Part shown: one piece after another, positions 39,130 to 48,381 of the stretch
Position numbering within the stretch: the stretch's first letter is position 1
Layout of the letters: the number at the start of each line of letters is the position of its first letter
DNA from: Rhodospirillaceae bacterium
GTDB taxonomy: Bacteria; Pseudomonadota; Alphaproteobacteria; Bin65
Reading direction: 5' to 3'
Assembly: GCA_028819475.1 (NCBI GenBank)
Contig: JAPPLJ010000048.1
Coordinates: 17,905 to 81,904 of the forward strand
DNA: 64,000 nucleotides
Made by a program: the position numbers and the translations under genes
The notes under the pieces: model-generated
Database searches by the model: none
The model's input: the letters and a program-made list of their open reading frames with translations, nothing else
What the model was told of the DNA's origin: nothing

Positions 39130-39470
39130 CGGCAGAACGAAGCGAACTCGGGCGCGAGATCGAAACGGCGCTGGAAGAAGTGCTCGCCCATGCTCGCGGC
39201 GAAGCGACCCTCCCCTGCCGGATTGTCGACGATCCCACCGTCGAACGGATTGTCGCCGTCCGCAGGCGGTTGCGGCTGAGCCGGCAGAAATTTGCCGACC
39301 GGTTCGGTCTCGACGCCCGTGCGGTGCAGGATTGGGAACAGGGTCGCCGCGTCCCCGACCGGGCGGCCCGTGTGCTGCTGACCGTTATAGACCGGGATCC
39401 CGACGCCGTGGTCAGGGCGCTTCGCGCGGACGGCGCGGAGGAAGCGCGGGACGCTCTCCCGGCATCGTAA
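39126..39470 (+). CDS. XRE/HTH antitoxin-like regulator (HigA-2/YiaG type)
   Basis: ALEEVLAHARG...IVAVRRRLRLSRQKFADRFGLDARAVQDWEQGRRVPDRAARVLLTVI. Confidence 0.9.
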   Translation: MTAERSELGREIETALEEVLAHARGEATLPCRIVDDPTVERIVAVRRRLRLSRQKFADRFGLDARAVQDWEQGRRVPDRAARVLLTVIDRDPDAVVRALRADGAEEARDALPAS

Positions 39471-39480
39471 TGACGACCGG

Positions 39481-40392
39481 CTATTCGCCTTTCGACAGGT
39501 TTCGGTCAGCCCTCTCCGCCTCGATCAGCGCCTCCTTCCGCGTGACGCCCCAGCGGTAGCCGGCGAGGCCGCCGTCGCTGCGTTTGGCGCGGTGGCAGGG
39601 GATGACGATGGAGACCGGATTGGTCGCACAGGCCCGGCCGACGGCGCGCTGCGCGGCGGGCTTGCCGAGGCCGCGCGCGATCTCGCTGTAGGTCCGGGTC
39701 TCGCCCTGCGGAATTTCGGTGAGCGCCCGCCACACCCGCTGCTGGAACGCGGTCGCCCGGACGTCGAGCGGCAGGGTCGCGCGCGGCGGCCGGCCCTCGA
39801 CCCGGCGCAGCACCTCGGCGGTCCAGGCCTCCAGGATGCCGATGTCCGGGACGATCTCGGCGTGCGGGAACTCGGCGCCCAATTCGGTCAGCAGGTCTGC
39901 TTCGCTGTCGTCGAAGGCGACGAAGCAGATGCCGCGCTCGGTCGCGGCGACCAGCAGCAGGCCGAGGGCGCAGGGCGCCACCGTCCACGCGATGCGCGCG
40001 CCGGCGCCGCCCCTGCGGTAGGTGGCAGGCGTCATGCCCAGGGTGGCGTCGGAGGATTCGTAGAGCCGGCTCGACGAGCCGTAGCCCGCCTCGTAGAGCG
40101 CGCCGGTCACCTCGTCGCCCTCGCGCAGCAGGGATTTCAGCCGCTCGCGCCGCCGCTGGTCGGCATACTGCTTGGGCGACACGCCGAGCGCCTCGCTGAA
40201 GCGCTTCTGCAGCCAGGCCGGGCTGAGGCCGACATGGTCGGCGATCTCGCGCAGGGTCGGCACGCCGTCGTCGAACCCGTCGATGAAGCGGCAGGCCCGC
40301 TCGATCCGCCGGTCCTGCAGCGCCGGTGCGGACGCCGCCGGCGGATGTGCGGAATGCCGTGTTGAAATTCGGGCGGTTGCTCGGTCGTTCAT
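39481..40392 (-). CDS. Ada-like AraC-HTH plus O6-methylguanine methyltransferase, lacking the N-terminal Zn domain
   Basis: HTH GLSPAWLQKRFSEALGVSPKQY, AGYGSSSRLYE, TAFQQRVWRAL, RAVGRACATNP, active site IPCHR. Confidence 0.9.
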   Translation of the reverse strand: MNDRATARISTRHSAHPPAASAPALQDRRIERACRFIDGFDDGVPTLREIADHVGLSPAWLQKRFSEALGVSPKQYADQRRRERLKSLLREGDEVTGALYEAGYGSSSRLYESSDATLGMTPATYRRGGAGARIAWTVAPCALGLLLVAATERGICFVAFDDSEADLLTELGAEFPHAEIVPDIGILEAWTAEVLRRVEGRPPRATLPLDVRATAFQQRVWRALTEIPQGETRTYSEIARGLGKPAAQRAVGRACATNPVSIVIPCHRAKRSDGGLAGYRWGVTRKEALIEAERADRNLSKGE

Positions 40393-40500
40393 GGTCGCAT
40401 CCTGTCCTGCGAGCCCTTTAGCGGGCCCTTTAGCGGGTCGGGACAAAGATTGGTACAGACCGGCCGCCGGCGCTATCCGATGCGTGTCCTGCCGCTCCGG

Positions 40501-41202
40501 TCAGGCGGCGCCGTAGGCGTGCAGGCGCGGGCCGTGCCTGCGCAGCCAGGACCGGCCGAAATCCGCGTGATCCGTCAGCGTATCGACCAGACGCCAGAAG
40601 CGGTCCGAGTGGTTCGGCTCCGCGAGATGGGCGACCTCGTGGGCCACGACATAGTCCAGCACCCCGGCCGGCGCGAGGATCAGCCGCCACGAGAAATTCA
40701 GATTCCCGGTCGTGCTGCACGAGCCCCAGCGGCTCTGCTGGTCGCGCACGGAAACCCGCGCCACCGTCCGGCCGATGCGGGCCGCCTTGTCGTGCGCCAG
40801 TCCGGCGATGCGGCGCCGGGCCTCGCGCCTGAGCCAGTCGTGCAGCCGGCGGGCGAAGAACTCGCGATCGCCCGAAACGATCAGCCGGCCGCCGTCCAGC
40901 ACGACGCCGGCGCGCGCCTCCGGGTCATGGACCAGCAGGCGGTCCCGTCCGAGGACCGGCACCGTCCCGCCGGGTTCGAAGGGCATGGCTTCCGGCAGCA
41001 GCGCCAGCCGGTTGCGCAGCCACAGCGCCTTCTTCTCGGCGAAGGCCCGGCCCTCGGCGACCGACGCGCCCGGCGGCAGCACCAGTTCGGCCTCGCGCGC
41101 GTTGCGGTCGATCCGCAGCAGGATGCGCCGCGCCCGGGCGCTGCGCCGCACGCCCACCGTCACCGGCAGTCCGGCGGCGTCGAGCGTCAGGAAATCCGTC
41201 AC
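40501..41202 (-). CDS. M48/SprT-like zinc metalloprotease (YgjP/DUF45 family)
   Basis: RDQQSRWGSCS, LNFSWRL, DYVVAHEVAHL..NHS..FW. Confidence 0.92.
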   Translation of the reverse strand: MTDFLTLDAAGLPVTVGVRRSARARRILLRIDRNAREAELVLPPGASVAEGRAFAEKKALWLRNRLALLPEAMPFEPGGTVPVLGRDRLLVHDPEARAGVVLDGGRLIVSGDREFFARRLHDWLRREARRRIAGLAHDKAARIGRTVARVSVRDQQSRWGSCSTTGNLNFSWRLILAPAGVLDYVVAHEVAHLAEPNHSDRFWRLVDTLTDHADFGRSWLRRHGPRLHAYGAA

Positions 41203-42452
41203 GGGGGGAGCGGGCCGCCCGAAGCGTGGGCGGCGCGGATGAAGTCGCGGACCTGCGGACAGATCAGTTCGCGCCAGCGGCGGCCGTTGAAAATGCCGTA
41301 GTGGCCGACGTCAGGCTGCAGGATGTGGCGGCGGCGGTCGTGCGGGATGCCGGTGCACAGGTCGTGCGCCGCCCGGGTCTGGCCGACCGCCGAAATATCG
41401 TCCAGTTCGCCTTCCACGGTGAGCAGGGCGGTGTTTTCGATCGCGGCCGGCTCGATCCTGCGCCCGCGCGAGACCCATTCGCCCCTGGGCAGGGCGTGCT
41501 GCCGGAACACGACATCGACGGTCTGGAGATAGAACTCCGCGGTCATATCCATCACCGACATGTATTCGTCGTAGAATTTGCGGTGCGCTTCGGCGCTGTC
41601 GCCGTCGCCCCGGATCAGATGCTCGAACAGCTTGAGATGGGCGCCGAAGTGGCGGTCGAAATTCATCGACATGAAGCCGGTGAGCTGGAGGAATCCGGGA
41701 TAGACCCGCCGGTTGAATCCTTCGTAGCCGAACGGCACCCGGGTGATGACCGAGCGCTCGAACCAGCCGAGGCTGTGCCGCTTGGCGAAATCGTTGACCC
41801 GGGTCGGGTTGATCCTCGTATCGACCGGCCCGCCCATCAGCGTCATGGACGCCGGCCGGCACGGGTCGCCGTCTGCCGCCATCAGGGAAACCGCGCCCAG
41901 CACCGGCACCGAGGGCTGGCACACCGCGACGACATGGGCGCCGGGACCGAGCCGTTGCAGGAAGGCGATGACGTGGTCGACATAATCGTCGAGATCGAAC
42001 CGGCCCCGCGAAACCGGCACCCGGCCGGCGTCGATCCAGTCGGTGATGTAGACGTCGTGCTCCGGCAGCAGGGCGGCGACCGTGCCGCGCAGCAGCGTGG
42101 CGTGATGGCCCGACATCGGGGCGACGACGAGAACCTTCAGATCGTCGCCCGCCGCGGAACCGCCCGCATCGCGCCGGAAATGCAGCAGGTTGCAGTGCGG
42201 CCGGGCCTCGACGATCTCTTCCGTCACCGCAACCGGCGCGCCGCCGATCCGGGTTCGGTCCAGGCCCCAGGCCGGCTTCTCGTAGCGCCGGGTGACGCGC
42301 TCGAACAGTTCGCAGCCGGCGGCGACGCCGCGGAAGAACCGGCTCTCGGTGAACGGAAAGTCCGGATTGGTCAGGAAACTCCGGCCGGCGACCGCCATCG
42401 TGCGCATCGGGGCAAAGGCGGCGAGCTGCCAGTCGTACAGGGAATAGAGCAT
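41199..42452 (-). CDS. phaZ: Intracellular polyhydroxyalkanoate depolymerase
   Basis: VVAPMSGHHATLLRGTV, VYITDW, AVCQP, MGGPVD, VYPGFLQL, FYDEY, TVEGELDDIS, GHYGIFNG. Confidence 0.95.
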   Translation of the reverse strand: MLYSLYDWQLAAFAPMRTMAVAGRSFLTNPDFPFTESRFFRGVAAGCELFERVTRRYEKPAWGLDRTRIGGAPVAVTEEIVEARPHCNLLHFRRDAGGSAAGDDLKVLVVAPMSGHHATLLRGTVAALLPEHDVYITDWIDAGRVPVSRGRFDLDDYVDHVIAFLQRLGPGAHVVAVCQPSVPVLGAVSLMAADGDPCRPASMTLMGGPVDTRINPTRVNDFAKRHSLGWFERSVITRVPFGYEGFNRRVYPGFLQLTGFMSMNFDRHFGAHLKLFEHLIRGDGDSAEAHRKFYDEYMSVMDMTAEFYLQTVDVVFRQHALPRGEWVSRGRRIEPAAIENTALLTVEGELDDISAVGQTRAAHDLCTGIPHDRRRHILQPDVGHYGIFNGRRWRELICPQVRDFIRAAHASGGPLPP

Positions 42453-42641
42453 GAGCGGTGCGCTCCCGGCCGCCGTTGTTTCGGATCCGAACTCTTCCGG
42501 AGGCACTGTGCCGCCCGGCCCCCCTGTTGCACTGCAACAAACCACGCTGCGGTGCGCTGCACAACGATTTAACGCATTATCGGCATTCACGGATTCGATA
42601 GCGGCTGCCGCTTCGTCCGTCTGCGGCCAAGAGAACCAATT

Positions 42642-42686
42642 GTGCCGCCCCGGATCTCCGCCGCGCTCCGTCCGGGGCGGCAATGG
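42642..42686. repeat. Single-arm copy of family A repeat
   Basis: Reverse complement CCATTGCCGCCCCGGACGGAGCGCGGCGGAGATCCGGGG matches 2176-2214 with 2 mismatches. Confidence 0.82.
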
Positions 42687-42806
42687 AGGGATGGGTAACG
42701 ACGTCGATTATCGCAATGGCCGTGGGCCGCGGACGCATAGTCAGGAACATCAACCCTTTTCAAACCCTCCCCTACGAACGGATCGACGCGCGCGGCCGGC
42801 CCGGCG

Positions 42807-43439
42807 TCAGCGCAAACCACCCACACCATATCCGTTAAGCAGGTTGAGCATCCAGCGGGCGCCCCGGCCCGGCTCCTCGACCAGGTCCATCTGGGTCAGG
42901 GAGCTGTTGCCGATGGTCAGGCTGAGCGCCATCGCCGAGGGCAGATCGAAGGCGCCGACGAGCGCCGCCCGGATCGTCCCGCCGTGGGCGACGGCGACGA
43001 TGTCCCGCCCGCGATGCTCGGCGGACAGCCGCTGCACCGCAGCGCCGATCCGCCGGCGCAGGTCGTTGAAGCTCTCGCCGTTCGGCGGCGCCTTGTCCAG
43101 AACGCTCATCCAGAAGCCGTAAAAGCCGCCGTGTTTCTCGTAGGCCGGCGCGCGCGGCGTGCCCTGCCAGTCGCCGAAATGCTGCTCGGCCAGGTCCCGG
43201 TGATGGGCGACCTCGGGCAGCGGATAGCCGGCCGCGCCGATGGCGGCCGCGGTCTGGTGGGTGCGCCGGAGATGGGAGGAGACCCACACCGCGTCCGGCG
43301 GCAGGGCTTTGGCGAGGGCGCGGTGGGCCGCCATGTCCCCGGTATCGGCCTCCAGGTCCGCCTGGCCGTAGAAGCGGCCGCCGTCGTCGATGACCGGCGC
43401 GTGGCGGACCCACCACCACCGGGTTACGGTTACAGTCAT
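42807..43439 (-). CDS. Histidine phosphatase family protein (CobC/phosphoglycerate-mutase-like)
   Basis: WVRHA, SSHLRRTHQT, EQHFGDWQG, GESF, VAHGGTIR. Confidence 0.9.
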   Translation of the reverse strand: MTVTVTRWWWVRHAPVIDDGGRFYGQADLEADTGDMAAHRALAKALPPDAVWVSSHLRRTHQTAAAIGAAGYPLPEVAHHRDLAEQHFGDWQGTPRAPAYEKHGGFYGFWMSVLDKAPPNGESFNDLRRRIGAAVQRLSAEHRGRDIVAVAHGGTIRAALVGAFDLPSAMALSLTIGNSSLTQMDLVEEPGRGARWMLNLLNGYGVGGLR

Positions 43440-43459
43440 GCCGGAAACCTCGTGCTCGA

Positions 43460-44296
43460 TCAACTGACGGCGACCACCGTTACGATGACCGCAAGTTCAG
43501 ACTTGATGCGCAGGGTGTGGAGAAGGTTCCTGTCGCGCGGCATCCCGAACAGGTCTGCGGACACGAAGACCAGTGCGCCGACGATCAGGCTCACGGCCGC
43601 CGCCAGCAGGGCCGTCCACAGGCCGAGGAACAGGATGGCGAGCAGCAGGGCGGCGGCGGCGCTGATCCACAGGGCGACGTTGCCGCCCCTGTCGGACCGG
43701 GGGTTATCGCGTTGGGCGTCGAACAGCGGATCGGCGTCGCCGTCCCCGCCCGGCAGGGTCGCGAGCGCCATGGTCGCGGTCGAAAGGACCTGCGCGGCGA
43801 GCAGCGCGGCAAGCATGGCGGTGAGCGGCGCCAGGGCGGCGAGGCCGGCAATCCGGGCGAGCAGCACGGCGCCGACGGCGGCCGCAACAACGGCAAAACG
43901 CGCGTCGGAGCCTTCCTCCGCGCCGGCAAGGTTCGCAGCCGCAGCGGCTGCGGCGCCCTCGGCCCGGGCATGGGAGAGCGTAGCGAGCGTGACCGCGGCG
44001 AACACGGCGGCGCCGAAGGCCTGGAGGCCGAGGAGATCGGCGAGCCAGGCGAACAGGGCCGCCGCCAGGCCGAGCGCCAGGCCGACCAGGACGAAGGCGC
44101 GGCGGCTGTCCGCCTCGGCGGCCCGGCCGATCTCGCCGCGCCGGCCGAACGGCCAGCCGGTCAGGATGATCGCGGCGTTGCGGCAGTCGCGAAACCAGCC
44201 GCCGCCTTCGAGCGGGCCGCCGCCACTCTTCCTCGACAGGCCGAGCCAGGAGTCCGGATCGTCGCCGCGCTCGCCCTTGGGATCGTCGGTACTCAT
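43460..44296 (-). CDS. Degenerate CobS (adenosylcobinamide-GDP ribazoletransferase)-like membrane protein
   Basis: WFRDCRNAAIILTGWPF...RAFVLVGLALG and the TM layout follow CobS, but the HEDGLADTADG motif is replaced by RAEGAAAAAAA. Confidence 0.6.
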   Translation of the reverse strand: MSTDDPKGERGDDPDSWLGLSRKSGGGPLEGGGWFRDCRNAAIILTGWPFGRRGEIGRAAEADSRRAFVLVGLALGLAAALFAWLADLLGLQAFGAAVFAAVTLATLSHARAEGAAAAAAANLAGAEEGSDARFAVVAAAVGAVLLARIAGLAALAPLTAMLAALLAAQVLSTATMALATLPGGDGDADPLFDAQRDNPRSDRGGNVALWISAAAALLLAILFLGLWTALLAAAVSLIVGALVFVSADLFGMPRDRNLLHTLRIKSELAVIVTVVAVS

Positions 44297-44445
44297 CGTC
44301 CCGCTTCCTCATGTGCGCCCGGCCGGCCCCGGTCGAACCGCGCCTGCCGGGGCCGGCCGGGCACTTCGATCCGGATTATAGGCTATCCCGCCCGGTGCCG
44401 ACAGGACCAGCCCGTCCGTACGGCCGGCGCCTGTCCGAATCGGTT

Positions 44446-44474
44446 GTAGGGGAGGGTTTGAAACCCTCCCCTAC
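44446..44474. repeat. GTAG-family REP-like palindrome
   Basis: GTAGGGGAGGGTTT-G-AAACCCTCCCCTAC perfect 14-bp stem; half copy AAACCCTCCCCTAC at 42762-42775. Confidence 0.8.
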
Positions 44475-44509
44475 GGTCCCTCCGGCGGGCTCTGTGTCCG
44501 GAACGCCGC

Positions 44510-45340
44510 CTATTCTCCGATCTGCAGGATCAGGCCGCGTTCGCGCGCGGAGCGGAAGAAGCGCAGGAAAACGACGACGGAAATGGTGAGGTAGATGGCG
44601 TTCAGGGCGACGGCGTTGACCAATAGATCGGTCCGGAAGGTCTCGTCGACCAGGACCGCCCGCATCCCCTCGAAGACATGGGTCGACGGCAGGATTCCGG
44701 CGATCCATTGCAGCCAGTCCGGCATGACCGACAGGGGATAGTAGATGGCGCTGAACGGCGCGACCGCGAAGATCGCGAACCAGGCGATGCTCTCCGCGCC
44801 CAGGCCGTAGCGCATCAGCAGGCCGCACACGACCAGCCCGAACGACCAGCCCATGACCTGGAGGTTGGCGAAGAAGGCGATCAGCGGCAGCCCCATGTCG
44901 AAGATCGAATAGGCGTAGAGCCAGATCGCGAGCAGGGCGGCGGGGATCACCCCGATCAGCACGCGGATCGCCGACATCAGCGTCAGCGCGGCGACGAATT
45001 CGCCGGGCCGGAGCGGGCTGACGAACAGGTGGCCGAGGTTGCGCGACCACATTTCCTCCAGGAAGGACAGGCTGACGCCGAGCGAGGCGCGGAACAGCAC
45101 GTCCCACAGCAGGACGGCAGCGATCAGCACCCCGGCGGCCTGGACGAAAAACCCGGACTTGCTCGCCAGGAAGATCGTGAGAAAGCCCCACATGATCATC
45201 TGCAGGGTCGGCCAGTAGGCCATTTCCAGGATGCGCGGCCACGACCCGCGGTAGAGATAGACGTAGCGCAGCACCATCGCCCGGATGCGCCGCCATGTGG
45301 CGAACGCGCCCCGGGTCCCGGCGGCAGCGGACCCGCTCAT
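44510..45340 (-). CDS. ABC-2 type transporter permease
   Basis: RAMVLRYVYL..SWPRILEMAYWP, EEMWSRNLGHLFVSPL, YYPLSVMPDWLQ. Confidence 0.92.
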   Translation of the reverse strand: MSGSAAAGTRGAFATWRRIRAMVLRYVYLYRGSWPRILEMAYWPTLQMIMWGFLTIFLASKSGFFVQAAGVLIAAVLLWDVLFRASLGVSLSFLEEMWSRNLGHLFVSPLRPGEFVAALTLMSAIRVLIGVIPAALLAIWLYAYSIFDMGLPLIAFFANLQVMGWSFGLVVCGLLMRYGLGAESIAWFAIFAVAPFSAIYYPLSVMPDWLQWIAGILPSTHVFEGMRAVLVDETFRTDLLVNAVALNAIYLTISVVVFLRFFRSARERGLILQIGE

Positions 45341-46143
45341 GCCGCCCTGCCCTTTTGTTCGGGGCCCTTTTGCTCGTCGCGCCGGTCTGCACGGTGCCGG
45401 TTGCGCGCGATGTCGAGAAAGACATCCTCCAGATTGGCGCGGCCGTAGCGGCGGATCAGTTCGGCCGGGCTGCCCTGGTCGACGATCCGGCCGGCGCGCA
45501 TCATCATCACCCGGCCGCACAGGCGCTCGACCTCGGCCATGTTGTGCGAGGCGAGCAGGATGGTGGCGCGGCGCGTATCCCGGTAGGTTTCGAGATAGGT
45601 CCGGATCCGGTCGCCGGTATCCGGGTCGAGCGAGGCGGTCGGTTCGTCGAGCAGCAGGACGTCCGGCTCGTTGAGCAGCGCCTTGGCGAGCGCCAGCCGG
45701 GTCCGCTGCCCGGCGGACAGCGTGCCGCTCGGCCGGTCCATGAAGGCAGTCAGGTCCAGCTCCTCGGCCAGTTCGCCGATCCGCCGCGCCGCCCGCCCGA
45801 TGCCGTAGAGCCCGGCGTAGACCTTCAGGTTCTCCCGCGCGGTCAGGCGCTTGGGCAGGTCGACATAGGGCGAGGAGAAATTCATCCGCGGCAGGGCATC
45901 GTAGCGATGCGTCAGCATGTCGACGCCGAGCACCGAAATCCGCCCCCTGGTCGGCAGGAGCAGGCCCAGGATCATCGAGATCGTCGTGGTCTTACCCGCG
46001 CCGTTGCCGCCGAGCAGCGCCGCCGTCGTGCCCTCCGCCACGCTGAACGACAGGCGGTTGACGGCCAGCACGTCGTCGTAGGATTTGGTCAGCTTGGAGA
46101 CCCGTATGGCGGGGGGCGGCGCTTCGGCCTGGGCCACGCTCAC
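45337..46143 (-). CDS. ABC transporter ATP-binding protein
   Basis: GGNGAGKTT Walker A, LSAGQ signature, LLLDEPT, SHNM. Confidence 0.95.
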   Translation of the reverse strand: MSVAQAEAPPPAIRVSKLTKSYDDVLAVNRLSFSVAEGTTAALLGGNGAGKTTTISMILGLLLPTRGRISVLGVDMLTHRYDALPRMNFSSPYVDLPKRLTARENLKVYAGLYGIGRAARRIGELAEELDLTAFMDRPSGTLSAGQRTRLALAKALLNEPDVLLLDEPTASLDPDTGDRIRTYLETYRDTRRATILLASHNMAEVERLCGRVMMMRAGRIVDQGSPAELIRRYGRANLEDVFLDIARNRHRADRRDEQKGPEQKGRAA

Positions 46144-46301
46144 CGCTCTGCCGCCGGAAACTGCATCAATCGCCTTGCGAACATCGCCTGTCTTCGCCAG
46201 TACTGAGGCCCGTTACCGAACCCTGCTTCCGGGCGGTCGGGCCCGGAAGCAATTCGCCCCCGGAAGCAGTTCGCCCCCGAAGGGGCCATGACAGCCGGAC
46301 A

Positions 46302-47666
46302 ATGAGATCCAAACTCGCCGCGATCCAGCGCTTCACCGCCCCGAAACCGGGGCGGGTGCGCCTGCGGACGCTCGTCTACATAAGGTGGTTCGCTGTCGGG
46401 GGACAGTTGGCGGCGGTGCTGATCGTCAATTTTGGGCTGAACTACCCGCTGCCGCTGCTCGCCTGCCTGGCAACGGTCGCCGTCTCGGCGGCGGTCAATA
46501 TCGGCATCATGCTGACCCGGCCGATGAGCGGCACGCTCTCCGACCGGTCCGCGGCGCTCTGGCTGACCTACGATATCCTGCAATTGTCGACGCTGCTCTA
46601 TCTCACCGGCGGCCTGCAGAATCCGTTTGCTGTGATGCTCCTCGCTTCGGTGGTGGTCTCGGCCTCGGTCCTGTCGCGCATCAGCACGCTCAGCCTCGGC
46701 CTGCTCGTCGCGGTCTGCATCAGCGTGCTCGCGTTCCGGTACGAACCGCTGCCGGGGCCGGAGCCGCTTCTCGAACTGCCGGTGTTCTATGTGCTGGGCG
46801 TCTGGCAGGCGCTGGTGATCGGTGGCCTGTTCATCGCCGCCTTCGTCGGCAGCGTCGCCGAGGAGGGCCGGCGCATGCAGGATGCGCTGAACGCGGCGCA
46901 GGTGGCGCTGGAACACGAGCAGCGCCTGTCGTCGCTCGGGGGGCTGGCCGCGGCGGCGGCCCACGAGCTCGGCACGCCGCTGGCGACGATTGCGGTCACC
47001 GCAAAGGAGCTGAGCCACGATCTGAAGCCCGGCAGCCCGATGGCAGAGGATGTCGAGCTGATCCTGGAACAGACCGGCCGCTGCCGCGAAATCCTGATGG
47101 AGCTGAGCCGCCAGCCCGAGACCGAGGGCGGCGAGCCCTACAGCCGGCTGCCGCTCAGCACCATGCTCGCCGAAGCCGCCCGGCCGTACCTGACCGCGAC
47201 CGTCAATCTGACATACGATTTCCGCCCGGTCGGCGAGGCGCTGGGCAGCCCCGAGCCGGTCCTGACCCGCAGCCCGGAATTCCTCCGCGCCGTCGGCACC
47301 CTGATCCAGAACGCCACCCAGTTCGCCGAGGCCGAAGTCATCCTGCGGGCACGCTGGGACGACGAAACGGTGACCGTCGAGATCATCGACGACGGCCCCG
47401 GATTTTCGGCGCACTTGCTAGACCGCCTCGGCGAGCCTTATGTTTCGACTCGTGCCGGTGCGGACGGCGAAGGCGAGCATATGGGGCTGGGCGTGTTCAT
47501 CGCCCAGAACCTGCTCAATCGTACGGGCGCCACACTCCGGTTCGCCAATCAGGATTGGTGGGACTGGTGGGGGGCCGGCGCCATCGTTCGGATAACCTGG
47601 CCGCGCCGGGAGCTCGAACACGCAACTTCGGAGACCGGACGTGTCGGAGAACACGCAGGACAGTAA
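46302..47666 (+). CDS. regB: RegB/PrrB/ActS redox sensor histidine kinase
   Basis: TM region with LTGGLQNPF, H-box AAAAAHELGTPL, GRCREI, DDGPGF, EPYVSTR, GLGVFIA. Confidence 0.95.
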   Translation: MRSKLAAIQRFTAPKPGRVRLRTLVYIRWFAVGGQLAAVLIVNFGLNYPLPLLACLATVAVSAAVNIGIMLTRPMSGTLSDRSAALWLTYDILQLSTLLYLTGGLQNPFAVMLLASVVVSASVLSRISTLSLGLLVAVCISVLAFRYEPLPGPEPLLELPVFYVLGVWQALVIGGLFIAAFVGSVAEEGRRMQDALNAAQVALEHEQRLSSLGGLAAAAAHELGTPLATIAVTAKELSHDLKPGSPMAEDVELILEQTGRCREILMELSRQPETEGGEPYSRLPLSTMLAEAARPYLTATVNLTYDFRPVGEALGSPEPVLTRSPEFLRAVGTLIQNATQFAEAEVILRARWDDETVTVEIIDDGPGFSAHLLDRLGEPYVSTRAGADGEGEHMGLGVFIAQNLLNRTGATLRFANQDWWDWWGAGAIVRITWPRRELEHATSETGRVGEHAGQ

Positions 47667-48201
47667 AGGAAAACTTCTGGTCGTTGACGACGACCGCCCC
47701 CTGCGGCAGCGCCTGATCCTGGCGATGGAGCGGCGCGGCTTCAGCGTTGTGGCGGCCGAAAGCGCCGCCCAGGGCGTCGCCTGCGCCAAGTCGGAAATGC
47801 CGGACTACGCGGTGATCGACCTGCGCCTGGGCGACGGCAGCGGCCTCGACGTCGTGGCCGCCCTGCACGAGGTCAAGCCCGACTGCCGCGTCATCATGCT
47901 GACCGGCTATGGCAACATCGCGACCGCCGTCGCCGCCGTGAAAGCCGGCGCCGTGGACTACCTGCCCAAGCCGGCCGACGCCGACCAGATCGAGGCGGCG
48001 CTCCTGAATACCGACCGGCCGCTGCCCGGCCCGCCGGAAAACCCGATGTCGGCCGACCGGGTGCGCTGGGAGCATATCCAGCGGGTCTACGAGCAGTGCG
48101 ACCGCAACGTGTCGGAAACCGCCCGCCGGCTGAACATGCACCGGCGCACGCTGCAGCGCATCCTCAACAAATACGCCCCGCGCGAAACGCCGAACAACTA
48201 G
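47641..48201 (+). CDS. regA: RegA/PrrA/ActR response regulator
   Basis: VDDD, VIDLRL, LTGYGNIATAVAAVK, ENPMSADRVRWEHIQRVYEQCDRNVSETARRLNMHRRTLQRIL. Confidence 0.97.
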   Translation: MSENTQDSKGKLLVVDDDRPLRQRLILAMERRGFSVVAAESAAQGVACAKSEMPDYAVIDLRLGDGSGLDVVAALHEVKPDCRVIMLTGYGNIATAVAAVKAGAVDYLPKPADADQIEAALLNTDRPLPGPPENPMSADRVRWEHIQRVYEQCDRNVSETARRLNMHRRTLQRILNKYAPRETPNN

Positions 48202-48297
48202 GGGTGGTCAGGTGGGTGTGACGTGCCGCGAAACGCGCAGCGCTGCAACCACAATCCCCTCCCTCGGATTCCTCTGCGAAAGGGGCACTAACCGAAT

Positions 48298-48320
48298 CCC
48301 CCTCCCCTTGGGGGAGGGGG
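48298..48320. repeat. Short palindrome related to the 2338-2460 element arms
   Basis: CCCCCTCCCC-TTG-GGGGAGGGGG. Confidence 0.6.
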
Positions 48321-48381
48321 AAATTGTGCAGACCGGACAGATGGGTAACTGTCTGGACCGGATACATGGGTAACAGGTCCG

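Noticed and set aside
40501-42452. phaZ next to an M48 protease as a novel pairing
   Set aside because: This adjacency is common in alphaproteobacteria and both genes look ordinary.
42807-44500. Cobalamin riboswitch near the cobS/cobC-like genes
   Set aside because: No B12-box or conserved riboswitch core was recognisable upstream; an Rfam scan would settle it.
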